Positions 34,601 through 47,215 of a stretch of DNA of 64,000 nt are shown here, piece by piece. The DNA lies in NCBI GenBank assembly GCA_000708835.1, contig DF237312.1:34680-98679 (forward strand), read 5' to 3'. The notes below the pieces were generated by a model that ran no database searches, was not told the DNA's origin, and saw only the letters and a program-made list of their open reading frames with translations. The DNA is from Klebsormidium nitens. Its lineage: Eukaryota; Plantae; Klebsormidiophyceae. Each line of letters begins with the position of its first letter. Positions within the stretch are counted from its first letter, which is position 1. Position numbers and translations under genes: made by a program.

Positions 34601-37590
34601 GCACCTCACCCGACGCCGTCTCAACGGCCGTGCTCGTTCATCAGCTCGGGAAGCAGCAGACGCAGAACCCGTTCCGCAAGAATCACGGCCGCGTGCAGCG
34701 CGTGCTCTTTCATCCGACGCGGCCCTTCTTCTTTGTGGCGACGCAGGTGCGGATTATAATTCTTTCCGTCTTCATCTTTTGTCACTTTGACGAGAGCCCG
34801 AGAATGTAGGTCCTGCTTACAGTTCTTTTTGTTTCTCAGTCCCTTCTGTTTTGGGGCGATCTTGCTCAGTGTAGCGCGTGCTGTTCCACCCGATTGTTCT
34901 TTGGTTTGATGCTCAGCCCTCATTATATCTGGGAAAGCTTTCAGTCGTGAAGTGCCTGCGGTTCTGTTCGACGCCCCCGCTTCTTGTTGTCGCTACGGAG
35001 GTGGGCGGGTTCTTTTGAAAACTATCACGATTTGGCAGTTCTTCAGTCCGAAGTTTTTGAGGTCTCAGGGTTAGTACAACAAAAACAAGAAGGGACTTCC
35101 GCGTTCTGCTTTGAACCTGCGTGGAACGTGGTGCCACGAAGATTGGAGCGGCTGTAGGAGAAACCAGGTCTTCTGATCTCCTTACTTCAGCCGAAGAAGG
35201 CTACAATTTAAGCATTGGAATTTGCACGGATTTGCCTCAAAATCGCTAGTAATTGCTGCCTCTCAGACACAGGTTGCAAAATATGGGGCTTCTACTCCCC
35301 CTCTGGCTCCCTTACTGCGCGGCAGGAAGGACGGACGTTCATTTGTTTTGTCTGCTCTTTTCATACGTGTCTGGAATCCTCTTGAAACTCTGCTCGGAAG
35401 AAGGACACCCTGTTCGGCTCCCCTGTGCCGACCACATACACAGCGGCGAAGTGGAAGGTTATGTCGTTTGTTTTCAGGCCCGTCGGGACATTCCTATCTT
35501 ATTCGAATTGGATCGAGTTGACTGTCTTGCTGACATGTGTCCTCTTCAGCTTTCTTGGTTTCACCGCTGAACTCTTACGGACTTATTTTCGGCAGACTCT
35601 TATGCGCGTTTATAATGTCGACCTTCTTGGGAAAAAGCTTCGACAATCATGGAAGAAAGCTTCTCTTGTTACGTCTTGGTGTTTGTCTTGCTGGTCCAAG
35701 GTTTTTGATGGACATGGCTTTTTGCAGACCCACGTGCGCGTGTATAACCTGGCCAAGCAGCAGCTGGCCAAGAAATTGACGGCGGGCGTGAACCAGATCT
35801 CGTCCATGGCGATCCACTCCGGAGGTGAGGTTTTCGAAAAACTACCCTTCTGTTTTTGCCCGCGTGCGAAGTCGAGCGGACGGATCAATTAGTCCGGATC
35901 CAAGATTGCCAGTGCCGTCCTAGTTTGTATTTGGTTAAGGGAGTGACGCCGTGGAGTACGCCCATTCTAAGTACTGGCCTATTGTCCGGGAGCTGAAGCC
36001 TTCAGAAGGATACTCTCTTTCCTCCTCTGAAGTTCTGGCGATTCTCATAGAGATGAGGAGAGAGATTCTCTTTTCGGTGTCACCTACGGTGCGGCCCCTG
36101 CCGCGGTTGAATGCATTTCTCAAGATATTAGCTTCTTCCAAGATCCAAGTTTCCGAAAGTCCGAAATGAAAACTGAGAATGCTCCGGGAAAGCACCTTGT
36201 GGGCAGGTGCCTTCCTGTTTGTGCGGCTGTTGTTGCATTGGCTGCGTGTTGAGACTTAGCGCACCTCCGTCTTGCCTGCGCAGGTGACAACCTGATCATC
36301 GGGAGTTATGATAACAAGCTGACGTGGTTCGACATGGACTTGTCTACCAAGCCGTACCGGACGCTCAGGTAGGCCACAATCCGCGTTCTTGCTGTTTTTG
36401 AGTCGTAATTTGCTCCTGCATGAGTTTGGAGAAGAAGGCTGAACGTGTCGAAACGAAGCCAAAACACCCAGGGAGGTAGGAGTAGTGTGAGAAATCTGCT
36501 CTGCTGACTGAATTGTAGAACAAACGTCGGACACATATGGTTCGACGCTTGACAACTTCGATGTTAGCTGTTTGGTGGACATCCACAGATGAAAGAAAGG
36601 GCTGGGTGTTTTCAGCCGGCTTTGGGTTACGGGCTTTGATAACCAAATCAACAACCGTGGCTTTCTTGCTGGAAGGAGCTTTCGATCCGACTGCCTTACG
36701 ACCCAGCTCGCAGTAACTTTTGGGTTTGTGATCATGCAACTTTGGCGGCAGCGGAACCGTCCGCCCTTTGGTCGTGGAACTAGAATGACGGAACCAACCC
36801 GGTCAAATTGTCTCGCAAGTTTGCTTACTGACTTCGATTCGAACTCACTCGTGCAGGTACCACGACAGCTCGATCGAGGGTGTCGCATTCCACCGGTCGT
36901 ACCCGCTGTTCGCCTCGTGCTCTGACGACGGCAGCGCGCACGTGTTCCACGGCATGGTTTACTCTAACCTGCTCGAAAACCCGCTGATCGTGCCGGTCAA
37001 GATCCTGAGGGGGCACAAGGTGGTTGAGAGTGAAGGTGAAGAACCGCGCCGACGGGTATTGGTTCGTATCGTTTGTGCTGCGCCGCTTACAGACGCTTCC
37101 GACGCTTTTTGCGTCTATGCATGTGTCCGAACGCCGGTACCAATATTTGAAGCTCCATGACGCTATTGGACCGGGTCAGTGTCAAGAGCGGACGAACTCA
37201 AGAAGGTCGCTAGATAGAAAGAGTCCGGTCTGTGCGAAGGAAGGTACGGAGCGGTGCTCTTTTCAGCATGCACCTCTCCTCAAATTCACCTTCACACATC
37301 GATCAAGTCGCTCGTTCTGCTCGTACGCTGTCTCGCTTTCCTGAGGCAGCGCTCAGGAGACGACGACATGCTTCGAAGCTCGGACCATCGCCAATGTATA
37401 AGTGCATGTTGTTGCGTCTTCATCTGAAGGCCGATGGAGGAGAAAAGCTTTGGCGCAACTTCCTTGGAAGATGGGGTTATTGAGGCTTTCTTTTCTGGTC
37501 GCAGGTGTGCTCGACTGCGCTTTTCACCCCACGCAACCGTGGCTGTTCACGGCAGGCGCCGACAAGTCAATCAAGCTCTATTGCAATTAG
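28693..37590 (+). CDS. BOP1: Ribosome biogenesis protein BOP1/ERB1 (BOP1NT + WD40)
   Basis: Twelve exons with continuous frame: 28693-29163, 29349-29503, 30207-30426, 30824-30983, 32331-32542, 33171-33321, 33879-34183, 34555-34746, 35728-35824, 36284-36368, 36857-37035, 37505-37590. Motifs [95 protein letters not shown]. Confidence 0.96.
29941..30068. repeat. Two-copy 61-62 bp tandem repeat in BOP1 intron 2
   Basis: CCAAAGTACAGGATGCC...GTCACTTTGGGGG (29941-30002) is followed directly by CCAAAGTACGGGATGCC...GTCATTTTGGGGG (30003-30063). Confidence 0.9.
32660..33220 (+). repeat. Degenerate tandem copies of BOP1 exon-6 acceptor + exon start
   Basis: ATCRACCCCGAGTCGCTCATCCCAAG-like blocks at about 32667, 32787, 32930 and 33049, and at the true exon start 33171. 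The copies at 32787, 32930 and 33049 are preceded by CAG. Confidence 0.88.
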
Positions 37591-39253
37591 GTGCAGCCTG
37601 CCTGGAAGCAGACGTTCATAGAAGCGGCCTTTTCAAAAGTCGCAGCTCAAAGTTAACGGGTCGATTCACAGCATGGTCAAGCAATGTTCTTGTGGGCTCT
37701 CATTCAATGATTCACGCTTGATCGTGCAGCGATCCTGCAGAACTGCTCTAGAGTGCATGGACTCAGATGGGAAAATAGTGGGTTGCGTGTCGCGCGCCAC
37801 AATGATTGGAGTGGTTTCAAATATGGCCGATATGATCGATGTTGTGTAGGAGATTTACATGCTGCGTTCCTGAGTCCTAAAGAATCTATTATGCATCAGT
37901 CGCCCATGCAAATGATGTTATTGATGAAAGCTTGAATTCTTGACCGGTACGAATTATGATCGGACAGGGTACACTGCGCGTACGTGGCTGCCAGCGTCAC
38001 TGGCCGGCCCGGCCATGCAGCATCCAACTTACATAAAAACGTCACACTGTCAACAATGCAATTTTCACCTGGCAAGACACCCTATACTATGGTGTGTCGG
38101 TCAGTGCGCCAAGCTATGATAGCATTCTAGCTTGGCGCAGCGTGTGTATCCTGCATATGCTTTTGATTTTTAGCGCTATAGGGTGCATATATATGTTGCC
38201 GGCCGGTCACGCGACTCAGCGAGCTTCACTCCTGGTTGATTGATCGCTTGTTCGTCTCCATTCAAATGATCGTGCTTGTAAACGCGGTAGAAATTTCACA
38301 CATGTGCAACTGATTGCGCGCCGCAGCTAGCCATTCTGCATCCAGCATGTGTGCAGCTAGCGGGCCGCATCTTGACTGTGATGTGCGGCTCTTAGCGTGC
38401 ATGCTTCTACTTGCAAGTTCAAGGGGTGAACGATTGATCGCCCAAATTATAAATCATATACATCTAAGAAGCTAAAGTGCAGTTCCATGCAAGGAATGAG
38501 CATCCGTGAACGTGCCAGCGCACGTAAGTCTGATTATTTTAATGCACGATATAGGACTCAAATCTATGCAAGTCACAGCAAGTTCGAGCCGGGAATCTAC
38601 ACTGACCCACAGCTTCAGGGCCTGCATGAGCTATAAGTTTACACTGAGCCGCATGCAGGTTATCAGGCATACAATTCAGGTTGATTGCGTCCTGCCACAT
38701 TTCGAGCCGGATATCGAGCCATCTCAAAGTCTTTTGTGCTGGCAGATCGTGAAGCAATCGAGTGGAGAATAGTGCGAGAAAACACGACCTACATACAGGA
38801 TGGCTCAATCGGTCCAGAATGTGATTTGTGTGAGCTCGAGCGCGCGGTGAGGTTGTTGATTAAGGACTTTCGCTCGTTGACAGCGTCGCGAAGGGACCAC
38901 CAGCCACTGCTTTTTCATTTGCACCTTGGTCTGGCGTCGGTACTGGCATCGCTGCAAACGAAACGCATAAAGTAATTTCAACTTTTGATCGTATCTGGAG
39001 CGTCAGGTTTGGCTTGCTTGGTATGTTATTGCTGGCGCTGCCTTTCAGATTGACCCCAAGATGTTCCAAATCAGCAAGATATTGATTGCAGTCCTCAGCC
39101 GACAGCAGATTGAGCAAAGACCGCTCTGCTCGACGAACTGGAAAGAAGCACACATAATTCTTGATTGGAGTTCCATTTACAGACACCAGGAAACACTGTA
39201 CTTTGTATGAAAGTAAAAAGGTGTTCAGAGGTTCAGCCAATTGCAGCAGCATA

Positions 39254-40444
39254 TCAACACGGTGCTTCGTCAGCTAAAAAGGGCTCACGTCCAAGTGGAA
39301 AATCCGCGGCGGGCAGTAGAACCGCATCAATTCCATGCACGGCTAGGCCTCCAGGCGCTACGAACACGTTGGGTAATGAAACGCTTGCCAGAGTAGGACC
39401 CACGCCTAGTATTACCCTGTGGTCACTGGCAACTCTGATTAGGAGCGGAAGGTCCTGAAGGGTAGACTGGAGAACCCTTTCTGGCGCTGCCATGAGATCC
39501 TGCAAGGACGAAAGTTTGATCTTACTTTTGACATGATGGCCTGTGCTTTTATCCTAGAGAGGCCCTGAAAACAGAGAAAAGACCTGCTCGAATCGCCGAC
39601 CTTCCTAGCTAGGGGCATCATCTACTACAGCAACGTCCCTTTTTCCAATCAAGTGGAATAAATCCTTTGCATCCGACAGTTGGATATCATTCGCATGCAA
39701 TGCCAAGTAGGAAATAGGGAGGATTGCAGGCTACTAGTGTTCTTGCAAGGTTCCTCTTCTCAACACACTCTGATAATGCAAGATATACGAAGCTTCTTTC
39801 GAAGTTGCTTTCATCAAAAGTACAGAAGTGCAGAACGTGTCTGGTTTGGTAAAGTTACCTCAATGAAAAAGCATCCACTCAGGATGTGATACTGAAGGAG
39901 ATCGTGGAATATATCTGGTTGGCTTTGCAGGAAGGTGAATATGTCCACGGAAATGGCACTGAATGCTGCGTCAGATGGGACAAAGATTGTCTCCGGAGAG
40001 TTGTTCTGAAGTTGGTCGCGAAGCAGAGTCGTAGCCTGAGAAGAGAATGCAAGAGCGTCAGGTCTAGCAAGGCTGTTTGATTCTACGATGTTCGAAATTA
40101 GTAGCACTCTTTCGACTGTGAGGCCGTTAAATTTGATGGCCGTTCCGATGATCTTCAAGAGCTTGCATCGAAGCTCATCATACCATCCAGAAGAACAGCT
40201 GCTTCTGTCAGCAAAGCAGTCAAAGCACGTGGCGAGAAATATTATTGGTAGGTAAGCCTACCTTGACAAAGAAGAGAAAGGTCTTGTAGTTTCCAGCTAA
40301 ATCAAGAGCGGCCAAAGCGTCTTGAAACGAGTCCTCAAACGGAGGGGCCTGAGCCAGAACTGAAAATCCACTTGTGGAGCCGCAGAAGAGACAAATGAGG
40401 ATCTTCCAAATAAAGGCTGGTTTCATTGTGACCAGATTTGCCAT
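39254..40444 (-). CDS. Secreted single FAS1 (fasciclin) domain protein 1
   Basis: Exons 40444-40262, 40035-39859, 39499-39254 (201 aa). Hydrophobic leader FIWKILICLFCGSTSGFSVLA, H1 motif TIFVPSDAAF, LLQYHIL, H2 motif AVHGIDAVLLP. Confidence 0.85.
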
Positions 40445-42434
40445 CTCTTCCTTTGGTCGCTGACCAGTTGATTAGACTCTATCAGATTATGATTGTGCCC
40501 TTCCGCCGGCTTCCTGCAAGCAGTCGGTCAATTCCTGTCAGAGATCTTGCAGCTTGATGTCCCCCGATCTTTTCAAAGACGTTGCACTCTTCGGGTGATG
40601 GACAGACGGAAACGAAACCTGAACGGAACTTCCTTCAATCAGATTGTAAGGTAACAAGCGGCGGCGCCTTGCAGAATCGGAACAGGGAAACAGCTATCTC
40701 TGCATGTGAGCGCAACCTGACACACGCGTTATGTTGCATTGAAGACTGTCGCGTCGTTCATCTGACCAGCCTTCGTCTCGGTCCCGCTACACTTTAACCG
40801 TACACAGTAACATTCAGTGGCAGGCATTATAGGGAGTCAGCGATGGAACACGGCCGTCGCGTGTATTACTGTGCAATCGGGTTCAAAGTTTGACAAAACA
40901 CTTCAACCCTGTAAAAGGAGCCATGTTTCTGAGTTGCGTTAGCGGTGTCAAATTGTGTAGGATTGATCAGCTGGATCCCTTCTTCTTCCTTGACATGAGG
41001 GCAAACCTTAGGATCTGAGAGGCAAACCTTAGGAGTTGATCAGCGGAGTAAGGTCAAATTTGTCGCTACGACAATGGTCTGAAGCCCAGCAAGAAGCGAT
41101 CGATGAGGCATTCGGGTGTGCATCAGAGTCACATCCTAAATTTGAAGACCGCCAACTCTCAGAGCTTTTCCAATGTAGAAGTAGCAGAGCAAGGTAAAGC
41201 CTAGTGTTCGTGTCCAAGGAACTCAACAGACTGAATTCAGATGTCAGCGCGAGGCGTGCGTCTACTACTTAACTGGATAGCACCATCATATTTAAAATAG
41301 CAAGATCTGAACGGTTCAAATCCACATGCGCATGATGTGGGCCAGATATGGGCATCGATGTTGCTTTCGAACCACATCCATTTTCTCCGTCTTATAGAAG
41401 CGGAAGTGTGAGACGTAGCGAGACATGAGACGAAATATTTATATCTCGCGATTGATTAGTGAAGGATAGAGATTGTGCCTGGAGACTCATGGGGTTGAGG
41501 ATAGATATTGCCTGGAAACTCCTTGGCTTGCGCTGAAAGCAAGGACGAGCACATTCACACCTGTCGACAGAGGAGAGCTATTGATTAGATGTTTCGTCGA
41601 ACTAGCACCACTTGCTATTGCCACATTCCAAGGCCGATGATATGTTAGGGAGCGAAGCCGCCAAACAGATAAATTCCTCTTTCGATTTGCTTTCTACAGT
41701 TCAAGTGAGTTACATAAAATGTTGTTGTCAAACTGCTCTAGCTTTCTGTTTTATTTCGATGTAAGGCAGGCTGAACGTCTCCATCAAAGTGTGCCCCTAA
41801 AACTGGTCGCATATCTACAGCTTAATGTGTCATGAGCGCAACTACTGTAGATGCAAATCATCATTAAATTCATAACGTGAATTTCGTCCAAAAACGATCT
41901 GTGGAACACCTACAGCCTACACGGTGCGCGGTATATATATGGAGCGGAATCTATTTGAAAGCAGGTCTCTATGCGACTAAAGACCGTTTCAAGGCATGGT
42001 CATGTTGGCAGGCTTAGTCTGGTTAGCTACACCCTTAATATTAGGTGAGGGTTGCGCTCCGTTGGAGTTAGTACCGTTCAAAGAAGTTGCTGCACGCAGA
42101 AACGAAGCACAGTATCAGCTACGAAAAGGGGAAAGAAGGAACCCATTCTTTCTTCAGGGAACAAGGCTGGCAAACCAATCTGTTACACAGTCCTCTGATC
42201 TTCCAAATCAAACACGCGTTCATTGTGCAAAAGGACATGGACACCTGGCTTTCTAGCTCACCTCAACAATCTCAAAAGGATGACGTCACTTCAAGCGCAA
42301 ACTGGCCTAGCCTTTAAGTGGCATGGTGCCATCATTACGACGTGTATACATCGTGGAAAGCCGTGACAGACACTTCTCGTTGTAGTGCTTCAAGACAGTT
42401 TCTCAAGAATATACAGCTTTCGAGCAAATGGGTG

Positions 42435-44106
42435 TTAGAGGCTGGATAAACACAATTCCTTCCGTACGGCAGTCAAAATTGCCTCAGAAACGGGAAACGC
42501 CGGTCTAGCAAACTCACCGTACACAACGAATCTCTGAGGTGTGAGCACCATGCTGATCCCATGAGTGGCGAAAACTGCTGGAAGCAGAAAGATGTCGGCC
42601 TGCGTTACTTTCGCCAGGGGCCGACTCACTCCCACAAAAACGGAACCATCCGACGTGACGGTGGTGTTGATGGTCTGATTGCGGAAGACTGACGTCACCT
42701 GTCCGTTGGGGAAAGAAAGCAGTACCTGCGGAAGTGATAACGTGCCACTGGAGTCAAATGGGCAAATCGAATCGCGAGTTGAAATATCTTCAGAGCTTGT
42801 TCCGGTCAATTATCATGCAAGCAGTAGTTGCAATTGCACTGTATGATCGGGTTGCAAGCAAAGGCTCTCCCTGCTTTAGCAAGGCAATCCTTCAGGGGAC
42901 ATCAAATTTCTGAGGAGCATGACCGAAGAGATCATGAGGTTGAGTCTCCAGAATGGTAAAATAGTTGCATGGTATGGTACTCACCGCGGCAGGGAGGAAG
43001 CCCTTGACAAAATGGTAAGAGATCAGGTTTGTAAGAATATCGGGGTTCTCTTTGAGGCCCTCTACCACGTTGGGGGGGATGACGGAGAAGGCTGCGTCGG
43101 TAGGGGCGAAGAGGGTTGCAGGAGGCCTGAGCTCCGCCACAAGCGCTGTGGTGTTGACATAGTTCTGCAAGGAACGTCACGAAGCACTTTGAGCAATCTG
43201 TTTGTGACCACAATCAATGATCTGACTGGAGATGAAGCGTGGAACGCTGCCAGCGTATTCTCCTCATCTTCAGATAAAGGCAGAGTGAAAGCTGACACGG
43301 GCGTGTAGCTAGGTGTGGGGGAGTCGTGAGATCCAACTCCCAGACTTCAATCATGCCGTCGGTGATTTGCAGGACAAGAAAATGTCAAACGTCTGCTCCT
43401 TACGTGAAATAGATACTCACGTCCACGTCTGATATCTTCCAAGAGCCTTCAAAATTGGAGGATGACCTTAGCACTTAAGGGTAACTTCGTTGAGCGTGAG
43501 CATTTGTAAACCTCAAAGTCTATTGGTGACGGGGAAATTGGTGAAGCCTTATGCATCTGTTTATCTGGTAAAAAGAAAGCCTTAACAAGAAGATATGTAC
43601 CGTCAATAGATCCAACAGAATGGTGAAGTTTTTGTTGACTCGGAGCTGAGTGGTTATTGAAGCAAGCACAGCAGCGACAGGCCCAGGCAAAGTAACGTTT
43701 GCAGTCCTTGGCGTTGCTAGAGGTGCCGGAGGAGCAGCCTTGATTTGAGCCCCATGAACCCCGTCACCTCCGCCTGCAAAAGATGGTCTTTTCGTTGGAA
43801 GGGCTTTCGAACGCTGACAAGCACTCGTCCGGTTGTGGAGCAAAAGCGCTTGCAAATACCGCTCTCATCTGTATGTGACGTCTAGATTGAGAGCTCACAG
43901 GCAGGAGGACAACGAAAGTATAAAAGTATTGCAAGCAAGGCAACAGAAAAGAAAAGATCCGGTGACATACCTTGGGTCAAGAAGTTTGGGGTGGACGTGG
44001 GGAACGGCTGAGCTGAGGGTTCATCTGAGGGCTGAGCTGACGCCAGAACAAAGCTGAGGAGGAGGCCAAGGAAGATTGGTACCAAAGGGCTCTTGAAAGG
44101 AGCCAT
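42435..44106 (-). CDS. Secreted single FAS1 (fasciclin) domain protein 2 with short Pro/Ala/Thr-rich leader
   Basis: Exons 44106-43971, 43773-43601, 43164-42985, 42725-42435. Signal peptide MAPFKSPLVPIFLGLLLSFVLASA, TLFAPTDAAF, LISYHFV, ATHGISMVLTP. The 3' end is uncertain because a GTGAGT near 42517 could be another donor. Confidence 0.8.
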
Positions 44107-46492
44107 TTCGTCTTGCCGCTTAGCAGAGAGAAGAAAGCGCCAGGATGCTTGAGGGTGGGAAGGCTGTCACGAAGAGTTCTGATGCAAAAGTTTTTAAAGC
44201 TTTTTGTGTAATCCACGAGTCGGTTCCAATCGCTTTGTTACTTGGATCAGGTGCCAGCACTCTGTGGCACGTACAGTCAAAGAAAGGAGGGACCAAGGCA
44301 GAATGGCGATCCAGGCATGCACCCATTCATGTGATGCCACGAGGCATCCTTGAAACAAACCAAGGGCACTTGCAGACGTAAGAGGTAAGAAAATGACGTG
44401 TTGCTCATTTCTGGGCCACTGCTCCATGCCTCGAATAAACAGTGGTCGGTCCCTGTGGATTGCTCTTTTGCCACGTCAAAGCTGATGACAGCGCACATTT
44501 ATTTGTTTGCACTTTCTTGTTGGACGGCTCTTGCCATTTTCAGAGGGTCAAAAAAGTTCCCATCTTGCGAGAGAGCTTGCAATTTGCCCATCTTTCGAGA
44601 TCAATCTTGGACTGATTCCGTTCTTGGTGGAGAAGATCTTCAAAAGTCTTGAAACAGCATCAGAACCGTGTGTAGATGAATGGTAAGAATGACCACCTGG
44701 CTGCCTGCTCCGGCCTCGGTGAGCCAGTTTGACAATTTCAAGAGTGTCTAAAAAGAGTTCGTTCCATTCTAGGTTGGAGCTCAAGTCACTCGGCTCGAGC
44801 GCGACGTGGTACCGGTGGCGCGAGCGCGCGCACACGGACTAAATTTGAATCGAACAATCCCAGAAACTAGGTTGGTGACACAAACTTCTAGCAGACCGCA
44901 ACTCGACGTATTACAAGAAGCCAAACAAAACCGGTGGCTTCTAATTCACTCGTCGTCAGCACACACACAATCTTGGAGCAGGTTAGTTTGTCATTCGCCG
45001 GAGCAGATGTCCAATGCCCTGTTTGCAGGACGTTGGCCATCGCCAGGAGCGCCCCATCCTGAGTGATCACCTCCAAATTGTATCCGATACAGACTGGCAT
45101 TGAACTATGTATGGATTCGAAGACGTGCCACAATGTTGTGAAAGCAAAGGACAGAGGACGTTTCGTCACATGACACAGGAATTACGAAACATTTTTGTGT
45201 CAGCTTCTTTGAATCCCGTACTTTGTTTTCAAGCGGATGCTTGTAATATCTATGCTGCTTCAAACTTCGACGTAAATCACGACGAAATCCAACCTTTCGA
45301 CGAGCTGGAAGCAGCTAATGGATATTCGATGAGTAATCAACATGGTCCGAGTATCCAAAGTTCTGCGTTTTCAAGGGTCCCAGATACTTCGATTCTACAT
45401 CCTCGCATACAGACAAATGAATGATGACTCAATTGCGAATCTGATATTACAGCTAGTCATGAACACCCTTTGACGTACTAAAACGAGGTGGATGCGGCGT
45501 CGATCGAAAAAGCAAAAGAGTGCGAGATGCAAATCTTGCTGGCAAATCCCATTAACTGATCATGACATGCACTGCGATGCTGTTTCAGAGAGGGCCTCAA
45601 AGAGGCAGCCGGGCGGAGGTGGCGCTGGAAGCGAGGCCAGCAAGACCTGCCCAACAAGTACATCTGCTCTCGAAAATTTCAGGTCTACGCATTGACTCCC
45701 AGCTGCTGAAAAGAAAGTGGCTTTAAGAGAAGCAGCCCGGTTTGATGGCGACGCTCCGAAAGAAGGGAAGGATGGAGTTGTTCAAAGCCTCAGAAGACTT
45801 ACAGGAACGGCGGGAGTTGCCAACGCACTGTCTTGTCGGCCGCCCCTTTTCTTCTGGCCAAGCAGCAGCGTCTGTTGTTGAAGGCAAGGCGACCGAAGGC
45901 ACGTAAACAAGAGGCCGAGGGCGGATCGCGATCGGCGCAGGCGACAGAGGAGAGGGAAGCGAAACACGCGAGGCGAAGGGAGTTGATACTTCAAGGAGAA
46001 ATTCCCGGCTGAATGTTGAGGTACCCATCAGTTGAGACCATGGAAATGTTAAAAAATATGAAAGTCGGCCGTTCGGATGTCCAGAAGATGACGGGGGTAC
46101 ATGAAGCCGGGCGGGCTGCTGAGACGCGGGCAACAATTTTTCCAACTTGGGATTCAGAACGGCCGTCCGTAAGAAGGGGCGGAGCAGCTTCAGACGTTTC
46201 TAAGTTCGTCATCATCGAGACGAATGAAGATCAAGAGCGAGGGGAGATGGCGAAAATGGCGGATCTAATGAGCGGCTTGCGAGCGGAACCGAAAGCAAAC
46301 GGCCCCAAGCGCGATGGCTGCGCGGACGCGTCCAAAGTGTCACAGGAGGTAAAAAGTTGGCCTTCATCTGAGTTCAGTGGTAGCGGAATATCTGCCGGCT
46401 CCAAAGAGCTCTTTTGCTTGTAGAATTTCGCTGCTTATGAAGACCGCTTTTCCAAGTTTTCAACCCTTCATCTCCAATTCCGTGTTAGAAGT

Positions 46493-47116
46493 NNNNNNNN
46501 NNNNNNNNNNNNNNNNNNNNNNNNNNNNNNNNNNNNNNNNNNNNNNNNNNNNNNNNNNNNNNNNNNNNNNNNNNNNNNNNNNNNNNNNNNNNNNNNNNNN
46601 NNNNNNNNNNNNNNNNNNNNNNNNNNNNNNNNNNNNNNNNNNNNNNNNNNNNNNNNNNNNNNNNNNNNNNNNNNNNNNNNNNNNNNNNNNNNNNNNNNNN
46701 NNNNNNNNNNNNNNNNNNNNNNNNNNNNNNNNNNNNNNNNNNNNNNNNNNNNNNNNNNNNNNNNNNNNNNNNNNNNNNNNNNNNNNNNNNNNNNNNNNNN
46801 NNNNNNNNNNNNNNNNNNNNNNNNNNNNNNNNNNNNNNNNNNNNNNNNNNNNNNNNNNNNNNNNNNNNNNNNNNNNNNNNNNNNNNNNNNNNNNNNNNNN
46901 NNNNNNNNNNNNNNNNNNNNNNNNNNNNNNNNNNNNNNNNNNNNNNNNNNNNNNNNNNNNNNNNNNNNNNNNNNNNNNNNNNNNNNNNNNNNNNNNNNNN
47001 NNNNNNNNNNNNNNNNNNNNNNNNNNNNNNNNNNNNNNNNNNNNNNNNNNNNNNNNNNNNNNNNNNNNNNNNNNNNNNNNNNNNNNNNNNNNNNNNNNNN
47101 NNNNNNNNNNNNNNNN
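46493..47116. other. Assembly gap (N run)
   Basis: Run of N. Confidence 0.99.
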
Positions 47117-47125
47117 CCGCATTTT

Positions 47126-47215
47126 TGTTGGAGATAAGTACTTCAACTTATCCACCTAGGCCATCCCTGCGCAGATATGGCCTAGGTGGATAAGTTGAAG
47201 TACTTATCTCCAACA
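47126..47215. repeat. Perfect 39-bp inverted repeat (90-bp near-palindrome)
   Basis: Left arm 47126-47164 TGTTGGAGATAAGTACTTCAACTTATCCACCTAGGCCAT; right arm 47177-47215 is its exact reverse complement. The spacer contains the palindrome CTGCGCAG. Confidence 0.95.
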
